A stretch of DNA of 64,000 nt from Kiritimatiellota bacterium (GCA_026398415.1 JAPLSY010000030.1:21306-85305), one strand, 5' to 3'. Positions 9,171-18,149 are shown, numbered from the stretch's first letter. Notes: generated by a model from the sequence alone, not told the origin. A program made the numbers and translations.

Positions 9171-12100
9171 TTACGCTCCACTTTCTTCCAGCGCCGCATC
9201 GATCATCGCCATAATCTGGCTGGTCTTATAGCCTTTCTGCTCCATGGCGCCGCTCGGGCAGGTCGCCGCACAACAGCCGCATCCTTTGCACAAGGCCTCG
9301 GTAACCTTGACCCGCTTTTTCTTCTGCCCGTTGCGCTCGACTTCGACGATCTCCAGGGCGCCATAATCGCAGACCGGCACGCACAGGCCGCAACCATCGC
9401 ACAAATCTTCGTTCACGGCCACAATGATCGGCTCGGATTCATATTCTTTCCGTGAAATAATCGTGCCGACCCGCGCCGCCGCCGCCTGGGCCTGGGCAAT
9501 GGTTTCCTCGATCGCCTTGGGCGCGTGGGCCATGCCGGCCATGAAGACGCCCTCGGTGGCGAAATCCACCGGGCGCAGTTTGACGTGCGCCTCGAGCAGG
9601 AACTTCTCGGCATTCAACGGCACCTTGAACAATTTTCCCAGTTCGGCGTTATCGGGGTTGGCATCCACCCGCGCGCTTAAGACCAGCAAATCCGCGCCGA
9701 TATTCAGAACCGACCCGGTCAATTCATCCGGAACGGTCACATTGATTTTCCGGCCGGCGGCGGCCAGCGCCGGTTTATGTTCAACCTCGAACCGCACAAA
9801 TTGCACGCCGAGATCGCGCGCCCGGGTGTAATATTCCTCACGCAAGCCATAGGTGCGGATATCGCGATAGAGGATATAGACCTGGCAGCGCGGATTCAAC
9901 TGCTTGAGGCGGATGGCATTTTTGATGGCGGTGCTGCAGCAAACCCGGCTGCAATACATATGGTCGCTCTCGCGCGACCCGACGCACTGGATCATGACCA
10001 CGTTATCGGGAACCTTGAACGCCGAGCTGCGCATTTGTTTTTCCAGGTCCAACTGCGTAAGGACCCGTTCTGATTTTCCATAGCCGTACTCAATCGGCTT
10101 GCTTTCCTGCGCGCCCGTGGCCAGCACAACGGCCCCGTGTTTCAAGGTTTTCTTGGTGTTTTTTCCGATCTGCAGCACGGTTTCGAAATTGCCGACAAAT
10201 CCGGCGGCCTGTTTTACGGACGCGTTCAGGAACAAGGCAATGCGCGGATGGTGCCGCACGCGCGCCGCAAGCGACGCGGCCAAATCCGCCGGCGCCCGGC
10301 CGTCGAGGGTACGATCCAGCTTTAACAGATTGCCCCCCAGTATTTTTTCCTTTTCAACCAGGAAAACGTCAAAGCCCTGGTCGGCGATGTCCAGGGCCGC
10401 CGTCATGCCGGCCAGCCCGCCGCCGATCACGAGCGCTTTCGCGGTCACCGGTTGCGGCTGGGAATGCAAAGCCTCCGCCAAGTTCACCTTGGCCACCGCC
10501 ATGCGCACGAGGTCGCAGGCTTTCGCGGTGGCGGCGGCGGGATGGTCCATATGGATCCAGGAACACTGGTCGCGGATATTGGCCATTTCGAAGAGGTAAG
10601 GATTGAGCCCGATTTCCTTCAAGGTCGCCTGGAACAGCGGCTCGTGCGTGCGCGGCGAGCAGGAGGCCACCACCAGCCGGTTCAGCTTGTGCTCCCCAAT
10701 TAACTGGCTGATGTGATTTTGAGACTCCTGCGAACAGGCATAGAGGCTGGTCTCGGTATATACCACGTTCGGCAGGGACTTGGCATATTCCGCCACGCGC
10801 GCAACGTCCACCACGCCGGCAATATTGATTCCGCAGTGGCAGATAAGCACGCCCACCCGCGGCGTCTCCTGCTCCACGGCGCGCTCCGGCGGAAATTGTT
10901 TAATCCTGGTCTGGGTGCCGCGCGCGCGAGCGAGTTCCCGGCCGGCCTCGCTGGCGGCTGCGCTGGCCTGCACCACGGTTTCCGGAATATCCCGGGGACC
11001 GGACGCCACGCCAGCGACAAAAACGCCGGGCCGGGAAGTGCGCAAAGGCGCCAGGGAATCGGTCCAGACAAATCCGAAATCGTTCAAGTTCACACCCAGC
11101 CGCCCCGCCAGGCCCCGCAGGCTGGCGGAGGGTTCCAGACCGGTCGCCAGGACCACCATGTCGAACGCAGCTTCGGCCGTACCGCCGCCGGCCGGCGCAT
11201 ATTTGACCATTAACTGCTTTGTCTGCTGATCCTGCTCCACGCCATGAACCCGCGCGCGTTCGAAAACCACGCGGCTTTCGCTGCGCGCATGCTCGTAATA
11301 CTTGTCGAAATCCTTGCCGTGCGCGCGCACATCCATGAAGAAAATCGTGGCATCCACCTGCTTGAGATGCTCCCTGGCGATCACGGCTTCCTTGATGGCA
11401 TACATGCAGCAGACGGACGAGCAATAGCCGTTGCGGCAGGCCACGTCCCGTGACCCCACGCATTGCAGGAAAGCAATCCGCTTGGGCTCGCGGCCGTCGG
11501 AAGGACAGCGCACATGCCCGGCAAACGGACCGGATGCGCATAAAATGCGCTCGAATTCCATGCTGGTCACAACATCCGGGAACCGGCTGTAGCCGTATTC
11601 GTGTTTGGGATACGGCTGGAACTGATCGTAACCCGGGGCCAGAATAACGGCGCCGATCTCGATTTGCTCGATGCGATCCTTGTCGTCATAACAAATGGCG
11701 CCGGCCTGGCAGGCCTTCTGGCACAAGCCGCAGGTCCCCTTGGTCAGCTTCAGGCACATGGCCGCGTCAATGGCCGGCGCATTGGGCAGGGCCTGGGCGT
11801 AAGGGCGCGCAATGGCGCTCTTTGCGCGCAATTGCCACTCGAATGCAGAGAGCGTTTTCTTGGGCACTTCCTCGTCGGGATGGGCAGGATGCCGGACATA
11901 GCGCCGGGGACATTTTTCCAGGCAGACCCCGCAGCCCGTGCAGCGCTCGAGATCGATATAGCGGGCGCGTCGCCGGATGGTGGCCGTGAACCGACCGCTC
12001 TCCCCCTGCAAGTCCAGCACGTCGGCCATGGTCATCAGGGTCACATTGAGATGACGTCCGCACTCGACCAGCTTCGGCGATAGAATACAGAGCGAGCAGT

Positions 12101-12281
12101 CGTTGGTGGGAAACGTCTTGTCCAGCATGGCCATGTTGCCGCCAATGGCCGGACTGGATTCGACCAGATAGACCTTGAACCCGGCGTTGGCCAGGTCCAG
12201 TGAGGCTTGAATCCCGCCTACGCCGCCGCCCACCACCAGGACCGCGCCCACGGGCTTCGATTTTTTTTGCGGTGCAATCAT
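9171..12281 (-). CDS. hdrA: Large heterodisulfide reductase subunit A-like flavoprotein (two FAD modules, multiple 4Fe-4S)
   Basis: GGGVGGIQA and GGGLAGMTA FAD motifs, KTFPTNDC, two QCVGSR...CSxVCC motifs, ferredoxin CxxCxxCxxxCP motifs. Confidence 0.92.
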   Translation of the reverse strand: MIAPQKKSKPVGAVLVVGGGVGGIQASLDLANAGFKVYLVESSPAIGGNMAMLDKTFPTNDCSLCILSPKLVECGRHLNVTLMTMADVLDLQGESGRFTATIRRRARYIDLERCTGCGVCLEKCPRRYVRHPAHPDEEVPKKTLSAFEWQLRAKSAIARPYAQALPNAPAIDAAMCLKLTKGTCGLCQKACQAGAICYDDKDRIEQIEIGAVILAPGYDQFQPYPKHEYGYSRFPDVVTSMEFERILCASGPFAGHVRCPSDGREPKRIAFLQCVGSRDVACRNGYCSSVCCMYAIKEAVIAREHLKQVDATIFFMDVRAHGKDFDKYYEHARSESRVVFERARVHGVEQDQQTKQLMVKYAPAGGGTAEAAFDMVVLATGLEPSASLRGLAGRLGVNLNDFGFVWTDSLAPLRTSRPGVFVAGVASGPRDIPETVVQASAAASEAGRELARARGTQTRIKQFPPERAVEQETPRVGVLICHCGINIAGVVDVARVAEYAKSLPNVVYTETSLYACSQESQNHISQLIGEHKLNRLVVASCSPRTHEPLFQATLKEIGLNPYLFEMANIRDQCSWIHMDHPAAATAKACDLVRMAVAKVNLAEALHSQPQPVTAKALVIGGGLAGMTAALDIADQGFDVFLVEKEKILGGNLLKLDRTLDGRAPADLAASLAARVRHHPRIALFLNASVKQAAGFVGNFETVLQIGKNTKKTLKHGAVVLATGAQESKPIEYGYGKSERVLTQLDLEKQMRSSAFKVPDNVVMIQCVGSRESDHMYCSRVCCSTAIKNAIRLKQLNPRCQVYILYRDIRTYGLREEYYTRARDLGVQFVRFEVEHKPALAAAGRKINVTVPDELTGSVLNIGADLLVLSARVDANPDNAELGKLFKVPLNAEKFLLEAHVKLRPVDFATEGVFMAGMAHAPKAIEETIAQAQAAAARVGTIISRKEYESEPIIVAVNEDLCDGCGLCVPVCDYGALEIVEVERNGQKKKRVKVTEALCKGCGCCAATCPSGAMEQKGYKTSQIMAMIDAALEESGA

Positions 12282-12301
12282 AAGAAAATCGTTTTAAGAA
12301 C

Positions 12302-12350
12302 GTTCTTGGTTCTTCGTTTTTCGTTCTTCGTTAATCCGGAACGAAGAATC
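12302..12350 (+). repeat. Heptamer array GTTCTTC family (5 units) with short inverted arm
   Basis: GTTCTTG GTTCTTC GTTTTTC GTTCTTC GTTAATC followed by GAACGAAGAA; fills the hdrC-hdrA gap. Confidence 0.75.
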
Positions 12351-12359
12351 GGAAACTCT

Positions 12360-12821
12360 TTAATTCGCATTCACTTCCTCAAAGCGCTTCTTTTGGGCCG
12401 CATAGGCCGCTTTATCAGTCACCAGTTTGTTGATCAGGTTTTGTTGTATTTTAACCGCGAGCGAATTCACTTCCTTTACGTCCTTAAGCCGGTCGGCATC
12501 CACATGGCCTTCCTTGACGGCCATGGCGCGCAAAGCCTGAATGATGTCCCGGAACTTGACATTCTGAGGGCAGGTGGCATAGCAGGCGTAACACTGGATA
12601 CAGCGCCAGATCAAGGGCGATTTCAACACCTGCTGGCGCATGCCCAAAAGCACCTGGCGAATGATTTTGCGCGGATTGAATTCCTCGTCAATCCCCGCCA
12701 CCGGACAGGCCGCCGTGCATGTGCCGCAGGCATAACACAGCTTGATATTCTCGCCGCCGGGATAGGCCGCGACATCAAACTTGAACTTCGGGTCCAGATC
12801 CTTACATAAGATCGTTTCCAT
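12360..12821 (-). CDS. hdrC: Heterodisulfide reductase subunit C-like 2x[4Fe-4S] protein
   Basis: CYACGTCTAACP, FNPRKIIR, IWRCIQCYACYATCPQNV; start trimmed to METILC after AAGAGG. Confidence 0.85.
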   Translation of the reverse strand: METILCKDLDPKFKFDVAAYPGGENIKLCYACGTCTAACPVAGIDEEFNPRKIIRQVLLGMRQQVLKSPLIWRCIQCYACYATCPQNVKFRDIIQALRAMAVKEGHVDADRLKDVKEVNSLAVKIQQNLINKLVTDKAAYAAQKKRFEEVNAN

Positions 12822-12877
12822 AATTACCTCTTTCTTCAACGCATGCCCTGCTCCGCTTTCAGCGGGCCCGTCCTCTG

Positions 12878-13837
12878 TCATACCAACGGAACCGGCCTGG
12901 GCGTCAGCCCGGCCTTTTGCACGATCTCCGCCACCTTGCTTTCCCACTCAATTGCCATGAGGTGAATACCGGCCACGCCCTCGATCTGGCGCAAGGCCTG
13001 AATCTGTTCGGCACAAATAGCGATGCCCTCCGTCTTGGGCTCCTTGGATCGTTCCATCCGCTCGATATAGCTATCGGGCAATTTGATCCCGGCGACATTG
13101 TCGCGCATGTGTTTGGCCATGCCCAGGGTTCTGAGCGGGGTCAGTCCGGCCAGGATCTTGCAGCGCTTGTGCAGACCGCGGGCGCGCACAAGCTCCATCC
13201 AGCGCTGAAACCGATCCATGTCGTAAATGCATTGGGTCTGGATGAAATCCGCGCCGGCTTCCACTTTTTTCTCGAGGCGCGTGACCCGGAACTCGAACGG
13301 ATCGGCGAACGGGTTGGCGGCGGCGCCGATAAACATGCGCGGCTCATGGAGCGCGGCCTTGGCACTGGCTTTAATCTCATCCCCGCAGGCAAATATTTTT
13401 TTATCCCGCATATCCCGCACCATCCGGATCAACTGAATGGAGTCCAGGTCGAATACGTGCCGGGCCGTCGGGTGGTTGCCAAAACACTGGTGATCGCCGG
13501 TCAGGCATACCAGGTTGCGGATGCCCAGCAGGTAGGCGCCCAGAATATCGGCCTGCATGGCCAGCCGGTTGCGGTCGCGACAGGTCATCTGCATGATCGG
13601 CTCCAGCCCCAGATCCAACGCCAATTTGGAAGCGCACAGGCTGGATACCCGGACAATGGCCGTCTGGTTATCCGTGATATTGACGGCATCCACCCAGCCC
13701 CGCAGGTGATCGGCCTTGGTCTTGATGATTTCCGGGTCGGCGCTCTTAGGCGGTCCCAGCTCGGCGGTGACGATAAATTCCCCCGCCGCCATCAGTTTTT
13801 CCAGATTGCTTCCGGATTTATAGGTTGTTTCGGACAT
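12878..13837 (-). CDS. metF: Methylenetetrahydrofolate reductase, FAD subunit
   Basis: VTAELGPPK, NITDNQ, QMTCRDRNRLAMQ, LTGDH, GADFIQTQ. Confidence 0.93.
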   Translation of the reverse strand: MSETTYKSGSNLEKLMAAGEFIVTAELGPPKSADPEIIKTKADHLRGWVDAVNITDNQTAIVRVSSLCASKLALDLGLEPIMQMTCRDRNRLAMQADILGAYLLGIRNLVCLTGDHQCFGNHPTARHVFDLDSIQLIRMVRDMRDKKIFACGDEIKASAKAALHEPRMFIGAAANPFADPFEFRVTRLEKKVEAGADFIQTQCIYDMDRFQRWMELVRARGLHKRCKILAGLTPLRTLGMAKHMRDNVAGIKLPDSYIERMERSKEPKTEGIAICAEQIQALRQIEGVAGIHLMAIEWESKVAEIVQKAGLTPRPVPLV

Positions 13838-13857
13838 AATGCGTTCTTGGTTATTTA

Positions 13858-14520
13858 TCAACTATCCTGCGCAACATCTTCCCGCGTCAGCCGGCGCGGC
13901 CCGCCACAGTGGGTCTTTGACCAATCCCGCGGCGCCGCCACGGCCGTCAACGCATCCAGCTTGCCGAGGGCTTTCAGCCGGTCATGAATCAATTGCCAGC
14001 CGCACTCGATATTATCGGGGTCCACCTCGCACCTGCCGTCTTCGGACCCGCCGCAAGGGCCGTTGGAAAGCGACTTGGCGCAGCGGGTCACCGGGCAAAC
14101 CCCGCCGAACACGCCGAGCTGACAATCGCCACAGGCCAGGCAGTTTTCCGCCCATTTGCCGGCGGCTTCGTTCGTGCCCATGAATTTTGTATTCAGCGCC
14201 GGATACACCGGCTTGTCGCCGAAAAGCCGCGCCGCCAGCTGGACCCCCACCCCACAGGCCAGCGAAAGAATGGCGTCACAGGCGGTCGCCACTTCGCGCA
14301 CGGACTCGAAAAACTCGGCATCGCACTGGCGCTCGATGGTCTGCTCCACCGCCTCAAGCTTTCCGCCCAGGCGCAAGACCGACGTCAGGGTGGCCACTTC
14401 ACGTTCGCCGCCGGCCAGGCAGACCGTGACACAAGTTCCACAGCCCAGCACCAGCACCTTCCGGTGGCCCTGGAGCAATCCCATGATTTCATCCATTGGT
14501 TTTTGTTCGGCAATAATCAT
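13858..14520 (-). CDS. metV: Methylenetetrahydrofolate reductase small Fe-S/Zn subunit
   Basis: GCGTCVTVC, ERQCD, ACGVG, CLACGDC, CPVTRCAKSLSNGPCGGS..GRCE, CGW. Confidence 0.92.
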   Translation of the reverse strand: MIIAEQKPMDEIMGLLQGHRKVLVLGCGTCVTVCLAGGEREVATLTSVLRLGGKLEAVEQTIERQCDAEFFESVREVATACDAILSLACGVGVQLAARLFGDKPVYPALNTKFMGTNEAAGKWAENCLACGDCQLGVFGGVCPVTRCAKSLSNGPCGGSEDGRCEVDPDNIECGWQLIHDRLKALGKLDALTAVAAPRDWSKTHCGGPRRLTREDVAQDS

Positions 14521-14526
14521 GACGCA

Positions 14527-16581
14527 TCATTCCTTCACAAACTGCAGGAACCGGCCGGATTCGAACTCGGTCAGGTGGCCTATTCTTAGCCGCGCCCCGT
14601 CAATACCGGCCTTGGTCAACATCGCGCGCAAACGCGCCACCCGCTTGGCGCCATGATCGGCGCCAACCAGATAGCGGCAATTTTCACGATGGCATCCCAG
14701 GAGCGTAACGTTTTTGGCGCCCCGTTCGAGCGCCTGCAGAACCTGACGGGCATCTACTTTTCCCAGGCAGGGCACACGAATCAAACGCACCGCGGAACTG
14801 TATTCCGCCCGGTTGACACCGGCCAGCGTGGCGGCCGGCCAGGCGGAATGCTCGCAGGCGAACACCGTCATATCCGGTTCCACGCCGATATCAGCCCGCA
14901 TCTGCTCGTCGGTAAAACGCGGCATCTGGATCGCAACCGCCGGACACATTGTGGTGCATAATCCACAGCGCCGGCAGGCCGGCGCCGAAACGGCCGCGGT
15001 TTTGTTGGCCGCATCCACACGGATGGCGCCATGCGGACACGTGCGCAGGCACGTCAGGCACAAAACGCACCGATCGGGGTCTACCGTGGCCGCATCCTGG
15101 GGCATGGTCACGCGCCCGGAGGCGAGCAAGGCCTGAATCGCGGCAGCGGTCGCGGCGGCATCGTTCAGCGCCTCGCGGAACTCGCTGTTGCCGCGCGCCA
15201 AGCCAACCACAAACAGACCCGGTCGATTGGCAAGCACCGGGGTCAGCCAGACATTATCCGCCTGCGCCGCGCCGCCGGGCCCGCGCCGGATCAGATTTCC
15301 CGGCGCAGACAATCCATCGCCGGGACACAAGCGCGCATCCGCCATGATCGCGCATTCCACGGATTCCGTCACAACGGCCCCCGACTGAATATCCTGGTAT
15401 TCAATGTCAACTTGATTCCCGGCAGCATTGATTTTCGGCTTGGTTTTATACCGCATGATCAGGACACCGGCTTCCCGCGCCCGGCGATATAGCGCTTCCA
15501 AGCCCCAGGCCGCAACGCGGATATGCCGCGCAAAGAGCAGGACTCGGCACCGCCGGCTGCGGGCCAACCGTTCGGCGGCGGTCAGCGCCAGGGCATTGAT
15601 GATCCGTCCCTGCTCCGCGGCAAGGTCGAGAAAAATCGCCACCGATTTCGGGAAGGATTGGGCGTGCAACCGCTCAGCCAATCCGGCCAAATTCATCACC
15701 GCGCTCTTACCAGTCAGATGCTCCGGGAATGGGAACGACTCGAGTTCGCCGCAGGCCAGCGCCACCGCGCCCGCCGTTATATTCCGCGCTTGCTCCCCGG
15801 TCGTGAATGCGGCAACAAAGCGGCCGACATCCCCGCTCAACGATCGCAAGGCGGCGTTGCCGATAAAGGTAATGGCCGGATCATGGCGAACCGCTTCCAT
15901 CGTGGCGGCCATGACCTGCCGCACCGCTTGCGCGGTTTCGGCGTCCCGGTTCTCCGACTTGTCGGACGAGTCCGAGAGGCCGGTGTCATCCAGGTAACCG
16001 AAGAAATCGATCATCCGGGCGGCGCTCCCGCCCAAGTCCGGTCTGCGGCTGGCCAGCGTAACCTTGTGTCCCATGCGCGCCAGGCACAGTGCCGTTTGCA
16101 TCGCCACCAGGTCGCCGCCCAGGATAAGAACGTCGCGATTCATGGGTTCGCGTTTGGAGGCAATCGGCTCCAACAGGACGGCGCGTTCCACGGCCGCGTT
16201 AATTAACGCATTCGCCTTACGGGTGGCCGCGGCAGGATCGGCGTGTACCCAGGCGCACTGCTCGCGGATATTGAGGAACGTTGCGAGGCCATCGCCGATA
16301 CGAACACGCTTAAGCGCCGGATTCAACGCCGGGTCGAAAATTTCGCGCTCACAGGCCGCCAGCACAAGGCGACGGCAGCCCTTGGCGGCAACGGCCTTGA
16401 CCGCCTGAAGGCATCCCTTGGCATTGCACAAGCGCGATGTCACCTGCACGGCGGCCACGCCTTCCCGCGCGGCAGCAGCCTTGGCCAGCGCCTGAAAATC
16501 CAGGCGCTTGGCGAGGGTCCCGGCACAATCGCACAGGATCACGCCGACACCGTTTTTGTCTTTTTTAACAGATGGGCTCAT
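14527..16581 (-). CDS. HdrA-like (degenerate FAD module) / ferredoxin / MvhD fusion protein (QmoB-like architecture)
   Basis: N-terminal LCDC...LC...AC...NIREQCAWVH; CVLCLTCLRTCP and CRRCGLCTTMCP; C-terminal MvhD-like FACEHS, PCLGK, GCHRENCRY. Confidence 0.85.
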   Translation of the reverse strand: MSPSVKKDKNGVGVILCDCAGTLAKRLDFQALAKAAAAREGVAAVQVTSRLCNAKGCLQAVKAVAAKGCRRLVLAACEREIFDPALNPALKRVRIGDGLATFLNIREQCAWVHADPAAATRKANALINAAVERAVLLEPIASKREPMNRDVLILGGDLVAMQTALCLARMGHKVTLASRRPDLGGSAARMIDFFGYLDDTGLSDSSDKSENRDAETAQAVRQVMAATMEAVRHDPAITFIGNAALRSLSGDVGRFVAAFTTGEQARNITAGAVALACGELESFPFPEHLTGKSAVMNLAGLAERLHAQSFPKSVAIFLDLAAEQGRIINALALTAAERLARSRRCRVLLFARHIRVAAWGLEALYRRAREAGVLIMRYKTKPKINAAGNQVDIEYQDIQSGAVVTESVECAIMADARLCPGDGLSAPGNLIRRGPGGAAQADNVWLTPVLANRPGLFVVGLARGNSEFREALNDAAATAAAIQALLASGRVTMPQDAATVDPDRCVLCLTCLRTCPHGAIRVDAANKTAAVSAPACRRCGLCTTMCPAVAIQMPRFTDEQMRADIGVEPDMTVFACEHSAWPAATLAGVNRAEYSSAVRLIRVPCLGKVDARQVLQALERGAKNVTLLGCHRENCRYLVGADHGAKRVARLRAMLTKAGIDGARLRIGHLTEFESGRFLQFVKE

Positions 16582-16587
16582 GAAAAA

Positions 16588-17862
16588 TTATGCCTGTTTC
16601 AAAATCTCGGCGCACACGGCTTCCGCCTGGCCGATGGTTGCGGCGATGTCCTGCGGGTTGCCGCAGGTTCCGGCGACAAATATGTTTCGGCAATGCGTCT
16701 GCGGCAAGCCCGCCGTACCCTTGATCCCCAGAAAACCCTCTTGATCCACGGCCAGCCGCAGGCAATCAGCCAGCGCGCGCGCCGCCGGCGCGGGGCGGAT
16801 GCCGATGGAAAGAATGACCAGGTCAAACTCCGCCTTATTGACGGCGCCTTTCTCCTGATCTTCATATGCAATGACAACCGCACCCTCCGAACCGGCAACA
16901 ATCTCCACCGGCCGCGCGCGCACAAAGGTCATCGTTTTCTGGCAGGCTGCAAAAAAAGATTCGAAGTCTTTGCCGAAATTCTGGATGTCCATGTAAAAGA
17001 CCGTGACGCTCGTATCCGGTGCGTCATGCTGAATGCGCCGAGCCATGCGCAGGGCGTAAGCGCAGCAGACCGTCGAACAATAGTTGGTGTCTTCCGGCCG
17101 GCGATGGGCGTGTTCGCTGCGCGACCCGACGCACTGGATAAACGCCACGCGGCGGGGCGCGCTTCCGTCGGACAAGCGCGTGATGCGGTGCTGGCCGGCC
17201 AATTGATGCTCGGCATCCAACCCGGAGATGACATTGGGAATCACGCCGTAACCGAAAGTTCCCATCGGCCCGGGATGGAAGGGCTCATGGCCCGTAGCCA
17301 CCACAACGGCATCCACGTCCAGTTCCCGGTTTTGGGTCGGCTCTTTCCAATCGATCGCCTGGACCGGGCAGGCCTTGGCACACCGATCACAGGCCTTGTC
17401 ACGGGTGCGGCGGCAAAGCGGCAAATCCAGCACCGGCACGCCGCCATGCAAGGCCGGGTATTTGACGGAAATGCAATGCTCAGGACAAACAGCCACGCAA
17501 AGACCGCAGCCGATGCATCGCTCGCGGCGGATAATGTTCGGTTCCGTTCGCAGGGTAACACGATAGGCGGCGCCATTATTTCCCGGCACCAGCGCCACCA
17601 GTTTGGAACGGGTATTGAGCCGCACACGCGGAGCGTGGAGCGCGGCCTTGAGCCGATCGGTGGCCACGCAAACGTGACACCGCAAACAGACATCGGCGGC
17701 TTTACAGCCCATGGCCGCCGCCTGGCCGCCAATTACCGGCTCCTTTTCAACCCACTGCACGTCGAGACCAGCGCGTCCCAGGCGTTCCGCCACCGTCGCA
17801 CCGGCAATGCCTCCGCCGAGAACCAGCACGCACCGAATGGGTTTGTTGGATTTCGTTGTCAT
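16588..17862 (-). CDS. Short HdrA-like FAD/Fe-S protein (QmoA-like architecture)
   Basis: GGGIAG, VEKE..IGG, CIGCGLCVAVCP, QCVGSR...YCSTVCC. Confidence 0.85.
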   Translation of the reverse strand: MTTKSNKPIRCVLVLGGGIAGATVAERLGRAGLDVQWVEKEPVIGGQAAAMGCKAADVCLRCHVCVATDRLKAALHAPRVRLNTRSKLVALVPGNNGAAYRVTLRTEPNIIRRERCIGCGLCVAVCPEHCISVKYPALHGGVPVLDLPLCRRTRDKACDRCAKACPVQAIDWKEPTQNRELDVDAVVVATGHEPFHPGPMGTFGYGVIPNVISGLDAEHQLAGQHRITRLSDGSAPRRVAFIQCVGSRSEHAHRRPEDTNYCSTVCCAYALRMARRIQHDAPDTSVTVFYMDIQNFGKDFESFFAACQKTMTFVRARPVEIVAGSEGAVVIAYEDQEKGAVNKAEFDLVILSIGIRPAPAARALADCLRLAVDQEGFLGIKGTAGLPQTHCRNIFVAGTCGNPQDIAATIGQAEAVCAEILKQA

Positions 17863-17896
17863 GACGCTTGACGATCCTCAGCCGTGAACAGTATTA

Positions 17897-18003
17897 AATG
17901 TGCCAGATTATTGGCCAGCCAATCTTGCATATTCCTGCAATTATTTAGTATATTACTGCATTACCTGGCCAATGAATGACGAGTTTTCAAAGAGAATCAG
18001 GTC
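17897..18003 (+). promoter_or_regulatory. Diverged inverted copy of the araC/metF2 intergenic region including a remnant of the araC 5' end; upstream of the hdr-met-mvh operon
   Basis: Aligns with the reverse complement of 19360-19457; remnant reads MNDEFSKRI from ATG 17972 versus MNEDFSKRI in the intact regulator; ATTCCTGC-N13-ATTACTGC repeat. Confidence 0.8.
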
Positions 18004-18065
18004 CAACGGGGCCATAGCCGCTGGCTATGCCTCCCACGTCACTACGCTTGCGTTCCGCCTTCCGA

Positions 18066-18103
18066 ACAACATTCTAACATTCTGCAGAATGTTGGAATGT
18101 TGT
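18066..18103. repeat. Palindrome P4 (38 bp, one mismatched pair)
   Basis: ACAACATTCTAACATTCTGCAGAATGTTGGAATGTTGT. Confidence 0.95.
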
Positions 18104-18149
18104 CGGCATTCGGATGCCATTGGTGAAAGAGAAATGCATAATCCCATTC

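Noticed and set aside
14527-17862. QmoAB of a sulfate reducer
   Set aside because: Architecture is similar but there is no qmoC, aprAB, sat or dsr gene here, and the direct neighbours are metVF.
6056-17862. Selenocysteine recoding in Mvh/Hdr subunits
   Set aside because: All ORFs are uninterrupted; the MvhA C-terminal motif uses TGC codons (DPCFSC).
34-17871. Long plus-strand ORFs such as 34-804, 5903-6688, 6707-7801, 12917-13987 and 16243-17871
   Set aside because: Antisense shadows of well-supported minus-strand genes in GC-rich DNA; no recognisable motifs.
2253-18103. Palindromes P1-P4 as integron attC sites (stop codon inside TAAC, GTTAGAA resembles GTTRRRY)
   Set aside because: Only 34-42 bp and almost perfectly paired, lacking the length, L boxes and extrahelical bases of attC; no integron integrase in the window.
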